Below, piece after piece: positions 63,144-64,000 of a DNA stretch of 64,000 nt (within the stretch, counting starts at the first letter, position 1; each line of letters starts with the position of its first letter). The translations under genes were made by a program, and so were the position numbers. Origin of the DNA: Candidatus Parcubacteria bacterium (GTDB lineage: Bacteria; Patescibacteriota; Minisyncoccia; Phycocordibacterales; Zambryskibacteraceae); contig JAIFWP010000001.1 of the NCBI GenBank assembly GCA_019661785.1, forward strand, positions 11,545-75,544, written 5' to 3'. Under the pieces are notes generated by a model. The model saw nothing but the letters and a program-made list of their open reading frames with translations, searched no databases and was not told the DNA's origin.

Positions 63144-64000
63144 TTACACTATTGCTTCGCCGTCTTGGTATACGGTCATGCCCTTCTTGCGCAGTTCTTT
63201 GAAAAATTCATCAGTAGGGACAGCCAAGTCTGGAGCGAGGCTTCCTCGGGCGGTAATGCGCCCGTCATGTATCATCCGTGCCATGATGGCAGCGGGGAAT
63301 CCTGTATCAATATTGCATCCCGCCTCAACCCATCCTGGCAGAGTAGAGACGATGCACTCCATTTTACGTATTAGGATGTCGCCGTTCTTGCCTTTGCCAG
63401 ATACTTCCACCCACAGATTCTCCTTCTCGCTATACTCCTCTGGTCGTGGTAAGCGGGTAAGTATGCGCGTCATGGCATCTACGGGCCTTATCTGCATCTT
63501 TTCAAACGGCAAAGGCTCCTCTTGGTCGAAGCCGAGCTCAATGAGCTTGTTGAGAGTCTCTAATGAGTGGTCAGGGAATCCTGCGTAGAAGCGGATATTC
63601 TTTGGCTTCAAGCTGGCATAGTCCACCGAGAAGGTGTATGTCTCTGGATGCCTTACGAGGTAGCATTTCTGTGTGCCGATATCTTTGAACTCTCTTATTT
63701 CCTCGGTATCCGCAGGGTTCTTCTCAAGCCAGACACCGTTCTCTATCAAGGGAGCAGGGTCTGTCAGCTCTTCGAGGATGCTCGGCATGGAGAAGGGGAC
63801 ATAGAACTTCTTAACATTTGAGTCCCAAGCAAAACCGAGTTCTATGGTGTCTATCTCTTCAAAGAACTGCGAAGCATGCTTCATCATCACGTTGTTGATG
63901 CCAGGAGTAGAGCCGCAGCCAGTCAAGGCTATGAGGTTAGCCTTCTTGAAGTCATCATTCATCCCCAACTGAGTCTTCGTCATAGGAATGTCAGATCCAA
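63144..64000 (-). CDS. Saccharopine dehydrogenase-family-like protein (partial; N-terminus beyond window edge)
   Basis: Reading frame remains open to position 64000. Weak resemblance to the Sacchrp_dh C-terminal region (CNIDTGFPAAIMARMI). Confidence 0.4.
   Translation of the reverse strand, partial: GSDIPMTKTQLGMNDDFKKANLIALTGCGSTPGINNVMMKHASQFFEEIDTIELGFAWDSNVKKFYVPFSMPSILEELTDPAPLIENGVWLEKNPADTEEIREFKDIGTQKCYLVRHPETYTFSVDYASLKPKNIRFYAGFPDHSLETLNKLIELGFDQEEPLPFEKMQIRPVDAMTRILTRLPRPEEYSEKENLWVEVSGKGKNGDILIRKMECIVSTLPGWVEAGCNIDTGFPAAIMARMIHDGRITARGSLAPDLAVPTDEFFKELRKKGMTVYQDGEAIV

Noticed and set aside
1-64000. Search for CRISPR arrays, IS elements/transposases, integrases, prophage genes, toxin-antitoxin or restriction-modification cassettes.
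   Set aside because: No direct-repeat arrays, no transposase, integrase or recombinase motifs, and no phage structural genes were seen in any frame. The tRNA-Thr is not flanked by an integrase or direct repeats, so the window appears to be core genome.

Overview
This 64-kb window is about 90% coding, GC3-rich, chromosomal core DNA from a small-genome bacterium. The gene content fits best with a Patescibacteria/CPR-like lineage: split transketolase, DUF192, type IV pilin, secreted coiled-coil/PKD proteins and several minimalist enzymes. Recognisable genes in order: an RRM protein fragment, class I RNR nrdA-nrdB, a sugar-phosphate cluster (gap, rpiB, rpe, split tkt, PfkB-family kinase, class II aldolase), an FAD-linked oxidase, rplY, a coiled-coil lytic-transglycosylase protein, rpmE, prfA, rpsB-tsf, tRNA-Thr(UGU), a GT2 processive synthase with a thioredoxin-fold partner, pheS, NlpC/P60 and C39-like peptidases, a Clp-N protein, gyrB, thrS, a sigma-region-4 mini-protein, dnaE, rnhB, Nudix, rpmF, a NusB-Nudix fusion, rnc, a short smc-like gene, rnr, rpsP with a KH-domain protein, trmD, rpoB-rpoC-dnaG-rpoD, a UvrD-nuclease fusion, DsbA-like, PAP2, a DEDD exonuclease, a truncated hisS, truB, bipA, a type IV pilin and a saccharopine-dehydrogenase-like fragment. 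There is no CRISPR array, IS element, integrase, phage block or recognisable defence island, so the window reads as core genome rather than an accessory island. The most interesting signals are: (i) non-canonical aminoacyl-tRNA synthetase architectures: a monomeric PheRS with a C-terminal FDX-ACB domain, a ThrRS without its N-terminal TGS/editing domains, and a HisRS without its anticodon-binding domain; (ii) two tandem cytoplasmic papain-fold peptidases co-transcribed with pheS; (iii) two gene-free, hairpin-rich regions ending in terminators that look like structured ncRNAs, one with an RNase-P-like P4 bulged-U signature; (iv) a NusB-Nudix fusion, a hinge-less SMC and an rpoBC-dnaG-rpoD super-operon; (v) many divergent gene pairs separated by only 15-30 bp. 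All functional calls rest on motif recognition by eye in the supplied translations; no database search was possible.
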